A stretch of DNA of 64,000 bases. Origin: Phoronis australis. Taxonomy: Eukaryota; Animalia; Phoronida. Below, one piece after another: positions 40,001 through 55,000 of the stretch. The translations under genes were made by a program, and so were the position numbers. The notes under the pieces are model-generated. The model saw nothing but the letters and a program-made list of their open reading frames with translations. It did no database searches and was not told the DNA's origin. Numbering within the stretch: the first letter of the stretch is position 1; each line of letters opens with the position of its first letter. The stretch covers positions 442,290 through 506,289 of the forward strand of contig NMRA01000223.1 in assembly GCA_002633005.1 (NCBI GenBank), read 5' to 3'.

Positions 40001-43000
40001 GTCAGGTCAAAATAGCCAACTTCAAGTCTGCGAACCTAGCTAAGCATGAAAAGGCAATAAATGAATTCCATTCGGGCAACTCGCAGATGTTATACACAGT
40101 GTTTTCCGCAACAGAAAATTTGAACTTGACTGGAATTACAAAATGTAATGTACTTGTACGTGTTTGAAAGTCCATTCCCTGCTGTGAGGAGTTTTTGTGC
40201 TGTCTTGGACTATATGCATTCAACTGGTACCACAAATCCAAAATGTCCTATTTTGCTTAAAAAATGGCTATTCAGTAAGGTTTTCAAACTTGACAAAAGT
40301 AAGCCAATCTCGTGACGACGTGATTTTAACTGGATGCAGTAACTGGTCAAAACAGGCTGTGGAGAACACTGATGCATCATGGTGTGAATTTCATTACCAT
40401 CTCGTGATACTGAGAAAGCCTTGAATTTTTTCATGGGACTATTTGAAGATTTCATTAAGATGGCTTGAAGGATATAGTGACGTCTTCTATTGTGTGATGT
40501 TTTATTTTAGATCATTTTGGATTGGTTTGTCCAAATCTGCTTTGGTCTACGGTACATCCACAGCAAGAACATAATTCACAGAGGTTTGTTGTCTTATTTA
40601 ATACATGACATTCAAAAATGTCTCACATTCATTGATATTTGCATGTTTTGTGCCCGGCAATTATTTTTTGACAATTTATGCGCTGAAACAATTTAATGTC
40701 TGAGATGTGAAACAAAGAGAATCATTTGAAGATTTAAGATGCACCCTTATGACATGGTATTGGAGATGTAGAAACTGATTTTACAAAAGGTGGCGCTGAG
40801 CACAGAAATACGTTACTAATTTTATCCAGTGTATATTATTGTGTCTATGAAACATGCTATATACAACTCTTTAGTGTTGTGAAGTCATAAAAGGATGTTT
40901 CACTTTACCCAGTGTCTGATTCTGGTGTGCATGACATGATAAGGTGACAGGGATGAAACAATAAATTTTTTGAGATGCTGGGCAGTTTTATTGAAATGGT
41001 TTGAATAAACCACAGTGACTGTACAATAAATAGGGGGACGATTTGCAGTATGATGGTCGAAAAGAAATTAATATAAAAATCCTAGGAAATACCCTTCTGC
41101 ATTAAATCCACACAAGTATGCAGAATGATGTCCAACTACGCTATATAGCCATCAGGATGGCTATTCAGAGCTGTGAATTGGTAGAATCCTAGAAGGATAC
41201 TAAACTCCGTCATCTCCGTCCGTCCGTCCGGGCGGCGTCCGGCGTCCGCTGCTCTATCTCCAAAACCCTTTGACATACGTTCATGAAATTTGGCAAATAT
41301 GTTCCATTCATGAATTGGACGGCATGTGCGAACTTTCGGATGGATCCGACTACCGGTGTGCCCCCTAGTGGCAATTTTAGTTTTTTACGCTTACCTTTGT
41401 ATCTTCAAAAGTCCTGAACGGATTTTCATGAAATTTGGTATGTAGGCACCTATTAGTGAGATGACGCTATCCTCCCGTTTACGGATGGATTTGACATAGT
41501 TTGCGCCACCTAGTGGCCATTTTTAGTGTTTTCAAGTCTGTTTTTGTGCGTCCACCCCTCTATCAAACAAACCGCTCAAAGGATGATTGTGAAAATTGGC
41601 ATGTATATGCTTACTATGTAGAGGACGGTTGACGATGATTTTCCGACGATTTCGACTCTTGTGGCGCCTCCTAGTGGCAGTTTTGTTTTTTTTTGCGCCT
41701 ATGGCTGTATCTCCCAAACCGTTTGCAGGATCTTTACTAAATTTAGCAAGTGTATTTATGTGATGTTGACAACGGACGATGACGACTTTAGGATGATTCT
41801 GACTACCGGTATGCCTCTAGTGGCAATTTTAGTATTTTACATTGACCTCTGTATTTTCATAGGTCTTCAGGTGTATACTTTGTGTTACTTCGTGACTATG
41901 AAGGAAAAGTTCCAAGTAGAAATTTGTTTCTGGCTTTCTAATGCTGTGCTAATCTCGTATGTTGGTAAATTTGTTTTTAATTCTATGTTTCTGTGGTGCT
42001 TTAAGCAACTGATGTATGGGATGTGCTTGTATTATGAAGATCACTCACATTTTGCCCCTAGCCTATTGAGGAGACAATGACCATCCCTTTCCATTTTGCA
42101 CAGTACAACATACTACATATATGCCCTCTACTGGCCACTTTATGGTACCAATAAACAACCCTAGAAGGATACCGTATACGGTGCAATTGTGGGCGCATTT
42201 CAACGCTCTGCGTTGCTCTTGTATATCCTATTAACAGTCATACTTTACAAAGACTAGATCACTTCGAAATAAAGTAATGCTCTGTAGCCATTTTCAACTG
42301 TCAGAAGTAAAGGAGTACTTTATTTGAGAATGCCATACAAAGTCCATTTTGAGTGACATTGGTTGGAAAAGACTGCCACACAGCCCAACTTGTGATGTCA
42401 CTATGAATAGTATTTTTTCCGATGAATAGTACTTTTAAATTATCTCTTGGTACATTTCAACCTGTTTTGGATGAAGTCATAAATGCATGATTTAATTTTG
42501 TGTTAAAATATGTTAACTTCAAATTCAGCTGTTCAAATTTGATATATTGCATTCGCAGCACATATTAGTCTGTTGTGGGCTACTCAAGTTTCCAAGCATT
42601 GGGGTGAGTTGCATACTTTAGCCACTACACAGCTAAGCTCCAGTTAAAGTTTAGTGTCTGATCTATTGTTTTGATTTTCTTACTTGGTATCTAATTGAAA
42701 ACTTATGTCGCTTTACTTTCAGATCTCAAAACACACAACATATTTCTGAGTGGGAATAACGTCGTCAAGATTGGTGACTTTGGGATATCCCGTGTACTGG
42801 CCGACAGTCTGGATCACGCCTGCACTGCTATTGGTACACCGTATTACTTGAGTCCAGAAATATGCCAGAGACAACCGTATCCTTCATGTCATTAAGGCAG
42901 CTTTATACCCCTGCTTTCCATCAAAAAAGAAGTTTTGATTTAGGTCCCCTTACCATTATAGAATCGGTCTCAAATTTTTCTTTATTCAAATTTGAGGTGA

Positions 43001-46000
43001 TTTTAGGTATTCAAAGGAACTGAGAGTCCGTTATTGCTTAAAACCAGGCTAATAAAATTTCAGCTTGCAAGTTTTGTGAGTTGAGTCTGAAGAAATAATG
43101 ATCAATTAGTTATTGAACTCATCACTCATAACCTGAGTAAGGAACAGGATACGACCACTTATAATGTTAAGTTTCACAAATCAAAAAACTTTTTTGATGA
43201 AAAATACAGGTTCAACGCCTCTTTAAGTATATTTAAAAATTTCTAGCGTAAATTCAATTTACCTGGAAATTACTTGGAATATACTTTTAAACACTACTTA
43301 TTGCCACTACTTTTTAAAGTGCAGTAGTTGCTTATAACTTGATTCTAGTCTTAGTTAAGTGTTCATTAAGTTGTTTTTCCCCAGGTTTTTGAATGTTAAA
43401 AATTTAATGCAGTTAACATTCAACATCGACAGGTACTTTCCCATTTCTGTGCGCATTTTCTATTACACATACGTCAGCGGCCTAGTTGTTTTTTATTTTG
43501 ACCTGACACTTCTAAAGTCGTGTAGTTGTAGCTCAATGCAGATTTTCTATTCTGCTTCAGCGATAAATTATGGTGGTAGATGATCGATTGTTCCATTGCC
43601 ATACTCACATCAATGCCGAACACTATTCTAATAGTGTCACCCCGGATCACACTTCAGTAGAACTCTCCTTTGTTTCGGACACTGTATCAACCTTGTTTTA
43701 CTAATAATACTCTGACTGGTTCATGACATTAGAAAACTTAAAAATGAAAATTAGTTACCTGGGACATCTGAAAAAAAACATCCAAAAATAGCTTCCACGA
43801 GTTGTTCTTTCTTTTGGAAAGGAGTGAGGGGTGGGGGTTCTCCTTGGATTCAAAATAACTTAATCTGGAAAAAGCAGGTTTTTGAAGTAGCCCTCAGGTG
43901 AGTCTTTCCGAAATACCTGGCAATGAAGTCTATCAGTGTTTCGCCTGTGTTTTGAAAGGAGTGTAGCGAGATAAAATGGTTTTGTTTAACAAGACTAAAA
44001 GTTCAAAATCCTATCTTAAATTATTGTTTTTCCAGTTGGACCCACAAAGATAGATAGTAGCCCTGTAACTTATGTATAGAATATTCATTTTCACTGGCAA
44101 TTGTTGCGCACCGGTTAAGTGTTCCTGTAAGGATGAGGTGTTTGGCAGTCAATTTGAGCAAGATTACGAGTGGTAGGGCCAAAAAGGAGCGTGGTGGGCT
44201 GTCCAGATTTTTATACACAGGGGAAACATCGTCTATGTTCCTACTTAAGTATTCTCTGGAATTTGAAATTCACAGTTGTATATATTATGCTGTACTTAGT
44301 GAGGTCAAAAATTGATTAAAAATTCGTTTTAACTTCAAATGAGGAGTGAGGAGTATGTTTTGGCTTTATGGGAAATGTTTCCGAGTAGTGTAATGTCAAA
44401 CCAGATTCCATGCCATAGGGATTCAGAAGGAGATCCACATGATGCAATAGGTCCATTTTTCCTGACCTATTTAATCAGGTACAACTGCAAGTCCGACATG
44501 TGGGCCGTTGGCTGTGTTCTATACGAGATGTGTTCTCTGCGATATGCCTTCCAGGGAGATAACTTCACCAGCTTAGTGCTGAGAATCATGGAGGGCAGAT
44601 ATGACCCTATCCCCAGGTAACTGTTTTTGGATGCCACAGACTGATTCATCAATAGTTTTAAGAAACAAATTCATAGAAGTTTTTCTCGTCAAAATTTTAG
44701 GGCTTAAATGTCAACTAATTTTCAAATGATTTTTTGTTATTTTTTATCAGGTGTCCTTGGTTTTCGTCATAAACTTTGTCATTGCTATATACACTGCAGT
44801 CACAATTATTTCAATTTTCACAAGTGTGCCAAACACATTTTGGCATCAGGGGTCAAAGACAAAATTCATCGCTTCACGTTTTTGAAAGCCTATAGTCTAA
44901 ATGCATGGAGAATTAATAAAAATAATCTTGCGATGCTCCACACCTGTTCTCAGATGGACACCATCACACATATGTTTCTATTAAAGATACATATTAAAAA
45001 AATTATTTCACATATCCTAATTGTTGTTCAACATTTCGTAGCCACTACTGCCCTCTTCTGCAAGACCTTGTTGGTGTGCTACTGAGGTTAAAGGCCAAAG
45101 GTCGTCCATCAGCTGAGCAGCTCCTGATTGTGCCTTCAATACAGCCTCATGTGCAGAGTTACATCCGGCGACAAAACAAACACAAGGAATTACGCAGCAA
45201 CTCGGCTTCACCGCACATCTCTCGGCGAAAAATAAGTGAAGACAAAGAAAATGTAAGAACATCTTGTTTGACCTTTCAATGATCTCATTTTTCATGCATA
45301 ACGTTACGTAACAAATCTCTTAACTTGGAAGTGAAAGTCGTGTTTTCAACATGCCTCTTGGAATTTGTTAAAAATGCTGTCCTTACCATGACATTTAGAA
45401 ATTTCCATGGTGAAAAAAATTCACAACCGAGAACTTTTTCTGTGAATGAAAATTTTCATTGACTAAAATACAATGCATATTGTCGTAAAGGTAATGGGCA
45501 ATCTTTGAGAAACCCTTTCTCGTTTCTTCAAATATTAACTGCAAATCATCAACCCATAAAAGTGTAGGTTTTCAGAATAATCGATGAGTGAACAATCTTA
45601 ATTCATTTCTGAAAATATTGCACAAAAAGTTGTAATCAAATAACCATCATATCTTTTGGAAAGTGTAATTGTTTACTTTAAACATGAATTTCTAAAAACC
45701 TAAACTGCAGGTGGCTGTATTTGAACTATATATAATTCTTACTGGTAATATGTAGGAAACCGTGTATTTGTGTATTGATTTTAATACCCCGAAACAACAG
45801 TGTTCATTTGTGACAACAGGTATCTCCATTGTTTGGAGCAGTCAAGAAGCTGAGACCCCATTCTCTTGAGCGCGGCAACATGAGGAAGCATTAATTTTAG
45901 CATCAGTGTAAATTTGAAATTGTAAATGATAAAGACAAAGTTTTTGTCATGATTATGACTGAATAAATTTGCTTTGATTTATCGGAGTTTGCAGTTGCAA

Positions 46001-49000
46001 CATCTTGAGTGAGGCAAAATGTGGTGGACAGGCTCTGTAATGAATTTAATGCTACTGTTATGTATATATTGCCTTGTACTTGAAATAAAAACGAGTAAAC
46101 TAAGTGTACGCAATTTCATGAAAGTTGTTCCGCTCACCAATGTCCAAAACTGCTGAAAGTGTTGAAATTAATAAGGTTTGACATTGGCCAGTAAAGATTT
46201 ACCCCGTAATTGATTGCTATTGGGGTTGTTCCAAACATGCACATATTTTTTTATGAGACTTGCTTAAGGAAATGTTATGGGTAGCAATGAAAATGAAAAA
46301 TAATTTTTCATACAATGATTTTGTGAATTAGATTTTTGAAAAAAAATCCATGGAAGTTGACGCTTTATAGTTACCACATTTATGAAAGTTTTTTGTGTGG
46401 TGACAACGTTAATATAGGTTTTGTTTATATTTTAATTATGGATGAGAATTTTTGCTCGGGTCAACTCATTTATAATAATCCTATCTGCTGATTGTTTCAG
46501 ATTGCACCAAAAGGTTGCGCCACAGTAGCCAAGCCCAGAAAATTCTCTGTGGTCACCCCTAAGACAGACCTAGTCTTCCAGCAATGTATTACCAGGTCTT
46601 GTGATGCAATGCAACAAAAGAAGGAGGTATTAAGGCTATTTAGGGGCATCGTTGAAAAGTCTGCACCTTGAACCACCATTTCTGACAAGTCTACACCTTG
46701 AGCCAAATATCTACAAAACTACAGAATGATTTAAATTCTGTCAGCAAACGTAATTCTGAAAGTAGAAAGCCAGAGTGTAGACTCGAATTTTTGAGGTTTT
46801 TTCTTAATTTGTGTAATATTAATTGGGTCACGTTTTTTAGTAAAATTTAGCAAAGAGATATACGTTGATGGCAAAATGACAGTATCTATAGCATGATAAA
46901 ATTTTATTTGATATTAATGTTCAGGAGGAGATCTCAAACAGCTGTTATAGTTTTCTGTTTGTTTTTGCTTTTCTTTTATGCAGCTTTTGATTTTTTTCAT
47001 GAAAATCATAAAAGTCCTGTTTTTGATAGCTCCTCATGCAAATGTGAAATATTTTAAAAGCAATTCCCAACAGTGTTTTGGAGAATAATGCATAAAGCAT
47101 GATGTAGTATCTGAAAGTTTCATATGAATATGATCAGTCATATCTGAGATATGATGTTCCAAAATTAACCAAATTTGGACATTTTTCTAAGGTCCCACCT
47201 AATTAATTTCTATAAACAGCACTCTTGACACAATGACCCTTTGACCCTACAGTAAATCCTGACCCCTGACCCTACATTACCACCTGACCTCTGAACCTGC
47301 TGTAACTCTTAACTCAAGAAATATGATCATGCAAGTAATTGCGAGATGTTGCCATACACGTGATCACTCTCTCGTGAGTGTCTTTGATCCACAAAACGCA
47401 ACTCTGGCCTACTGTGTTTCAACTACAGTTGAAATAGATCCTTTAAACACTGTAGCCAGCAGTAATAACTTCAACCCGGGGGGTCATTCATTATAGTGAT
47501 ACACTACAATGTAATGAAAACTCAGACATGTAACTGACTGATTTTTTGTAATGGCAACATTTGAGAAAACACTGAATATGCTTTGTATTTATTACTCATA
47601 ACTGACACTGATTTGAAATTATAGATTGTGAAGTAATAGCCATTTGGTGACAAGCTCAGTTATTTCTTTGGCCAATTTATGTCTGTAGCAAAACTTAACG
47701 CGATGCTCTTTATTGTGGAAACTCATCGCAATGTTTGGTTAGAAGACTCCATTTGTCTTGGAAATAGTAATGATGGGTCACAGTCATATACTAAGTGGCT
47801 TAGTATTCACTAGGTGAAAAGGCCCTCTTTTTATCAGCTGATGAGACAAAGAACAGAAGACTGTTTGCCTGTATGAGACTTTGTGTAATATGACTCTCAT
47901 GTGATTACCTAAAAGCATTTCATACATGTGGTGCTGTTGTTTTTAAAATCTGCCATCAATTGAATATCGACTATTAAGTAATAGCTACAGCAGTCCCATT
48001 CATGTCGTCACTAGAGTTGGGCTGAAACTGTTGTCACGTTATTACGTTGACCTGAGACCTCCTAAAATCAGATTATGTTCTTGACTGATGTGTCTTGACA
48101 CCTCTGTAGTCATGTGTCCACATGGAGCATGGGACAACTAGGTTTCTTGAAACCACACTCTACTACATGTACGTGCCAGACATCAATTCCCTCATTGTCA
48201 TAGGAATACATGTCTTTGGACTACGATGGACTCTGACAGTTGTTCTAAAGCAGCTGTGTTACCGCACCTTCTGTACATACAGTCTGGCAGCATGTGTTCT
48301 TGTATGAAATCAAAAAAGGTCTTCATTGTAAATTCACAAGTATGGGGCATTTTGAATGTTTACCTGAAAAAGGCCTTCATAAATTATGTTTCTTGCTTTA
48401 CAAGGCCACGGTTTTACTGACGTTTTTTCAGCAAGGAAAATCCTAGCATATTAGCCTGTTTGTGTGTGGGGTATTCGCCACTCAATCAGTTGCCAAAGCC
48501 AAAGGTGAACGTGCTATGTGAAGCTCCTTCAACTTACTGTGAAAGGTGTTATTGAAATGGTTATAATAATCATGAACGCTGCAGTAATAGTTAGTAAACT
48601 TTATTTTTGTCTTAATGTTCTTATTACAATTTGATTTATTTTCAGTTGAATATGCAGAAAGTGCCAAAATTCAACCTTCAGAAGGCTATTGCTGAACGTC
48701 GTCAAATGAAGGCTACCAGTGTACCATGTGACGATGTTGACCTTGAATCTTTCCAACCTGCTTCCATCCCGACTTTATTGACAGAAGTAGGTCATGGGCG
48801 CGATGGAACTGAGTGCGCCGCTGTTGCTGTTAGGAGGAAGGATAGTGAGGTCGAAGACAGTGCAGGCAGGGAATGCCAAGTTACAAGGGGAATAGTTAAA
48901 GCAATCAAGAGCTACACCTACAAAGTTTCAACCTCTTGTGAAGAGTCGCCGAAGGTGGAACTAGATGCTGGAAGTACTAAACCACAAGGGGGAGGTAAGT

Positions 49001-52000
49001 GTTTGTGCTAGGGTCGTACTTTACGAGAGATGGGGTGTGACATTCGCTCAGTAATTGTTGAGTTTGTGAAGGAAGAAGATCAGTGTGCCTGCACCATTAA
49101 ACTTTTCGGGCGAATTCGACTACTGCAGCACCTCCTAGTGGCCATTTTGAGAATGGGCTTTTCAAGTGTTGTTTTGGGGTGAAGAGCATTTTCGAATGAT
49201 ATCTAGAGAACCGATGGGCAGATTACTTATATTATGCAGTAGTACACATAGTAGAATGCACTGCATGTCAACGCCCCAGCGTTGCTCTTGTTAAATTTAT
49301 GGTAGCCGTGCATATATCATTGAAATCATTGCAAAGCTGTATTTATATGAATATGTATTGTATCTGTAAATACAAGTACTGTAGTATAAACTGATATTTT
49401 TTGACACCCAGATATAATGCTTTCTTGCACTTTCTGGGTTTACCTCTTACTGTACATTGCCGTTTTGGTACACTTAACAAATTACAGTCCCACGGAATCC
49501 CTAGAATTCTGGACTTTATACATTTTATTATCAAAGTCCTTCTTTTACTCGGTTTTGTCTTAGAATTTTGTGAAAAACAAAGACATGGAAAACATGAAAA
49601 TTCTTCTTTCGCTTTTTGCCACTGTCTTCAAGGGGTGAATTATTAGAAATGTACCAACACTGACTCATCATTGAATGACAAATGGGTGTGGCTAAATAAA
49701 TTTCAGATTTGCTTGAGTGTGAGTTCAGGTGAGTTATGTAGTGTACTTTACTTTGCCACTTTCAGTTCAGTGGTTTGAATGCTCCTGTGATATTAGTCAT
49801 TAATGACTCGCTTGATCGATGAAGCATCAGAGTGTGTGGCAAGCGTAGTGCAGATAATGCGAATCTCTATAACAGCAATAAACAAAATCTCACGCGTCAT
49901 GGTTGTGTGGAAGCAAAGTTTCATCAGGTGTCGCCTGCCTTCAACGCGAAACCTGAGAAAACTTTACGAAAAATAGAGTACTAAATGATTTGAAAATTAG
50001 CCTGAATATTCTTAAAATTTTGCAGAATTTTCAGTAGGTGGTGTTTTGTCAACTTTTTAAGAAGAATAGTAAAGAGGATGATGCCTTCCTATCCTTCAAA
50101 CCTCTTGAAGAATTATCATTTTTGACTTGCTTTGCGCTCCCTACAGGCTGTTATTAAGTTTTTTAGCATTGCTCCGTTCGGTGGGCATGTTCAAAATAGT
50201 GTATCTGGACTGTTTGTGCTGCTCTGGCCTTTTTATGCGCCCGCATATTTATATATGGACACATTATGCTGTCATCTTCGTCCATCCGGCGTCTGTCTGT
50301 CCACCGTCCGCTGCACTATCTCCGAATCCCTTTGATGTACGTTCATGAAATTGAGCACGTGTTCCTTTTATGGATGGGACGACATGATCGAACTTTTGGA
50401 CGGATCCGACTACTGGTGTGCCCCCTAGCGGCAATTTTTGTTTTTTACACTTACCTCTATCTTCAAAGGTCCTCAATGTATTTTTGGCATATAGGCAGCT
50501 ATTAGTGAGGTGACGCTATCCTCTCGTTTTTGGATGGATTCGACGTAGTTTGAGCCACCTAGTGGCCATTTTTGCTGTTTTTGAATCTGATTTTTGGCAT
50601 CCACCCCTCTATCAACCAAACCGCTCTATGGATGATTGTGAAAATTGGCATGTATGTTTTTACGACAAAACTGACGGTGATTTTCAGACAACTTTGACTA
50701 CTGTGGCACCTCCTAGTGGCAGTTTTGTTTTTGCACCCATGGCTGTATCTCCTAAACCGTTTGGAGGATCTTTGCTAAATTTAGCAAGTGTATGATGTTG
50801 ACAACGGATGACAACAAGTTTCTAACGGATCTGACCACCAGTGTGCCCGTTAGTGGCAATTTTAGTTTTTTTAGGTTTACCTCTGTATCTCCAAAGGTTC
50901 TCAATGGATTTTTAGAAAATTTGAAAATTATAGGCATCTATTGGTGAGATGATGCTATCCTCCCGTTTTCGGTTGGAATCGAGGTACTTTGCACCATCTA
51001 ATGACCATTTTTCCTGTTTTGGAGTCTCTGTTTTGGCGTCCACCCCTCGATCAACCAAACCATTTTAAGGATGATTTTGAAAATTGACGTATATAATCTC
51101 ATTGTGAAGAAGACGGTTGACAATAACAAATTTGACTACTGTGACGCCTCCTAGTGGTAGTTTTGTTTTTTGTTTTGCGTCCATAGCTGCATCTCCTAAA
51201 CAAATCTGCAGGATCTTTATTAAATGTAGCATTGTATTTTTATGCGCCCACATATTTATATGTGGACGCATTATGCCGTCATCTCTGTCCGTCCGTCCGT
51301 CCGTCCGTCCGTCCGGGCGGCGTCCGTCCGGCGTCCGGCGTCTGGCGTCCGGCGTCCGCTGCTCTATCTCCAAAACCCTTTGACATACGTTCATGAAATT
51401 TGGCACATATGTTCCATTCATGAATGGGACGGCATGTGCGAACTTTCGGACGGATCCGACTACCGGTGTGCCCCCTAGTGGCAATTTTAGTTTTTTACGC
51501 TTACCTTTGTATCTTCAAAAGTCCTGAACGGATTTTCATGAAATTTGGTATGTAGGCACCTANNNNNNNNNNNNNNNNNNNNNNNNNNNNNNNNNNNNNN
51601 NNNNNNNNNNNNNNNNNNNNNNNNNNNNNNNNNNNNNNNNNNNNNNNNNNNNNNNNNNNNNNNNNNNNNNNNNNNNNNNNNNNNNNNNNNNNNNNNNNNN
51701 NNNNNNNNNNNNNNNNNNNNNNNNNNNNNNNNNNNNNNNNNNNNNNNNNNNNNNNNNNNNNNNNNNNNNNNNNNNNNNNNNNNNNNNNNNNNNNNNNNNN
51801 NNNNNNNNNNNNNNNNNNNNNNNNNNNNNNNNNNNNNNNNNNNNNNNNNNNNNNNNNNNNNNNNNNNNNNNNNNNNNNNNNNNNNNNNNNNNNNNNNNNN
51901 NNNNNNNNNNNNNNNNNNNNNNNNNNNNNNNNNNNNNNNNNNNNNNNNNNNNNNNNNNNNNNNNNNNNNNNNNNNNNNNNNNNNNNNNNNNNNNNNNNNN

Positions 52001-55000
52001 NNNNNNNNNNNNNNNNNNNNNNNNNNNNNNNNNNNNNNNNNNNNNNNNNNNNNNNNNNNNNNNNNNNNNNNNNNNNNNNNNNNNNNNNNNNNNNNNNNNN
52101 NNNNNNNNNNNNNNNNNNNNNNNNNNNNNNNNNNNNNNNNNNNNNNNNNNNNNNNNNNNNNNNNNNNNNNNNNNNNNNNNNNNNNNNNNNNNNNNNNNNN
52201 NNNNNNNNNNNNNNNNNNNNNNNNNNNNNNNNNNNNNNNNNNNNNNNNNNNNNNNNNNNNNNNNNNNNNNNNNNNNNNNNNNNNNNNNNNNNNNNNNNNN
52301 NNNNNNNNNNNNNAAATTTGTTTTTAATTCTATGTTTCTGTGGTGCTTTAAGCAACTGGTGTATAGGATGTGCTTGTATTATGAAGATTACTCACATTTT
52401 GCCCCTAGCCTATTGAGGAGACAATGACCATGCCTTTCCATTTTGCAAAGTATGCCCTCTACTGGCCACTTTATGGTACCAATAAACAACCCTAGAAGGA
52501 TACCGTATGCGGTGCAATTGTGGGCGCATTTCAACGCTCCGCGTTGCTCTTGTATATAAAGCTAACAACAGACGACAATGTCTTTCAGGCAGATCCAATG
52601 AAAGTTGTGCTCCATGGTGGCAATTTCATTTCATTTCATTAAGGAAATGATGGCATGTTCTCGTTTTCAAATGGATTGGACGTTTTCACGCCATCTAGTG
52701 ACTATTATGAAACAAATAAACAACCTTAGAATCACACTGTTTGTAGTGCATTCTTGGGTGCATTTCAATGCTCCACATTGCTCTTGTTAATGTTAACCTC
52801 TCTGTGTACCAAGGTCCTCGACGGATTTTCATAAAAATTGGCAAGTGGGTGTTTTATGACATTTTAGCATGGCTTTAATACTTGGTTCACCGTGATTGGT
52901 TAAAACCATTGGTAGTGATCACAGATATAAGCAGCTCTTCAATTTGTTTGTTTCCTCAAATCACTCTTGGTCAAAGTCCTCGATGTTTCTGACTGGAGGC
53001 ATGTTGTAATGTATAACTGCAAACTTTGAAACATGAAGCCACATCAATTCCTGAATTTCGAACACGTTTAATTTTGCTATCTTTCTTGGCATTCTTGAAT
53101 TTGAGGTAGCCAGCATTGCCTGTTTCTGAAATTTATGTCACAAGCTGTGGCGTTGAGCAAAGTAACTATTTTTTCACTGTCCTAATGTGAGTTTATAAAA
53201 ATTCCATTTTAGGAGCACACTTGTCAGAACATAGCACTGCTCTCCTTGATTAATAGCAAAGAATATTGATTTGATACATTTTGTACTTTTTACTGGGGTT
53301 ATGACACACGTAAGCCATTTGAACAATAATAAATTGTTACTTAAAATGTCAAGGGACTTTCCAGCATCCGCTTCCTGAATTCCAAGGTTTATTGGACTGT
53401 ATTTGCTTTAAATTAATTTTCATTTCGGAGATTTCAAAGTTCAGAATGTGATGAATCGTGAAAAAAGTGCTCGCATTAATTCAACACCTTTGGCTTCACA
53501 TGAATGACGTCAAACCAATGACTGTATAAAGTCATTTAGTTCATCTTGTTTTCATAGTTGCAATTATCCTTGCTTGCATGGTTAGGTAACATTTATTTTA
53601 GGTGTTTGTTCAGTTTTACGCACTAAGCAGTTTCAAGGAAATTGTCATCCTTGTTTATAGTATTTTTTTAAATTCAATTTTATCACGGCCACATATATAT
53701 GTGAACTCTTATCGGCATCCATGTCCATCTGTGAATCTGATTGGTTGTCTTAACATCCACTGCTGTATTTCCGAAACCCCTTGGTGGATGTTCATGTAAT
53801 TTTGCAGACATATTTCTATCATGAGATGGAACGGCACAAGTGAATTTTCTGACATATCCAAATTACACTGTGTATCCTGGTGGCAATTTCAGACTTCATG
53901 CACCTACATAAAATGCTGTCATTGTGGGCGCATACTGCCATCTTCTGGCATCTGCTGCTGTATCTCCTAAGCACCTTGCAGGATCTTAATGAGATTGGGC
54001 AGATGTGGACTATAAATAAGCTGGCGGCAGATTACAATGAATTTCGGATGATTCAACTACTGCTGTGCGTCCCAGTGACAATTTTATTTTTACGTTTTTC
54101 GGATTTCCTGGATAAATTTTCATGATTTTTAGCATAGATTTATATTAAGGGAGAATGCCACCCAAAAAACAACCTATTTTGTATGAATTTAGATCGAGTA
54201 GTTCTACTCGATGGCGGCACGTTCAGTTGCGTTACTTGACGGCAGACGGAGGTGTTGAAATTATCCAATGACGTCACGCAGTTTGTTCTAATAAGTAGTT
54301 CACAACACGGGCTACTGGTGTCAGCTTATCGCTTGAATCCATCGTTTAACACCAATAAATCATCAAACGTCTATGTAAAACCCTTAAACATACAATGAGC
54401 TCTTATAAAAATGTGTTGTTTTATTTCGCTGTTACGAATTTATTAGTATCTGAACACACCATAGCCAACAGAGTTCAGCAGGTCAATTTACCAAGGTCCA
54501 TAGCAGGAGTTTGGGGTCTATTCGGAGATAAATTCGAAGTATTCTTTCGTGAAGTACAGACAGGAGAACCTAGATCTGTGTTGTTTAGACTTAGATTTTT
54601 TGAGTTCTAAACACACAAAACGCTTGTTATCCCGGCCAGTGGCTTGGAACCCGATCGGGCCTGTCGCGGTCGGACTGAAGACATTACGAACATAAACCAG
54701 CCAAAGTTAGAAACTAAACTTCCAGTCAAGAAAATACTATACTAGTGAGCCAAAGAAGTAATGTGCACGTGATTATGTTGGTGAATTAGTCACGAAACTG
54801 CAAATCTTACTCAGCCTCAGGGGGGCTGCGAATTCATGTTCCCCTTAGGCCACAGAACCGCCAGGGCAGAAGTTGTACATTGACAATCACAATTGAATAA
54901 TTTTTATGGAAATAAAGATTCCTGTAACACCTGGCCGTGGGATAGAAAATTGAGTTATTGTTTTACAACAGTTTCTGTCCTCAAACACTGAATTAGCATG

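Noticed and set aside
41532-42080. Recurring ORFs (e.g. VAPPSGSF, MIVKIGMY, MRPHIYMWTHY) in many places
   Set aside because: These are chance frames in non-coding family A copies, with inconsistent frames and stops between copies.
51501-52355. Longest ORFs in the track (284 and 260 aa)
   Set aside because: They are artefacts of the N gap.
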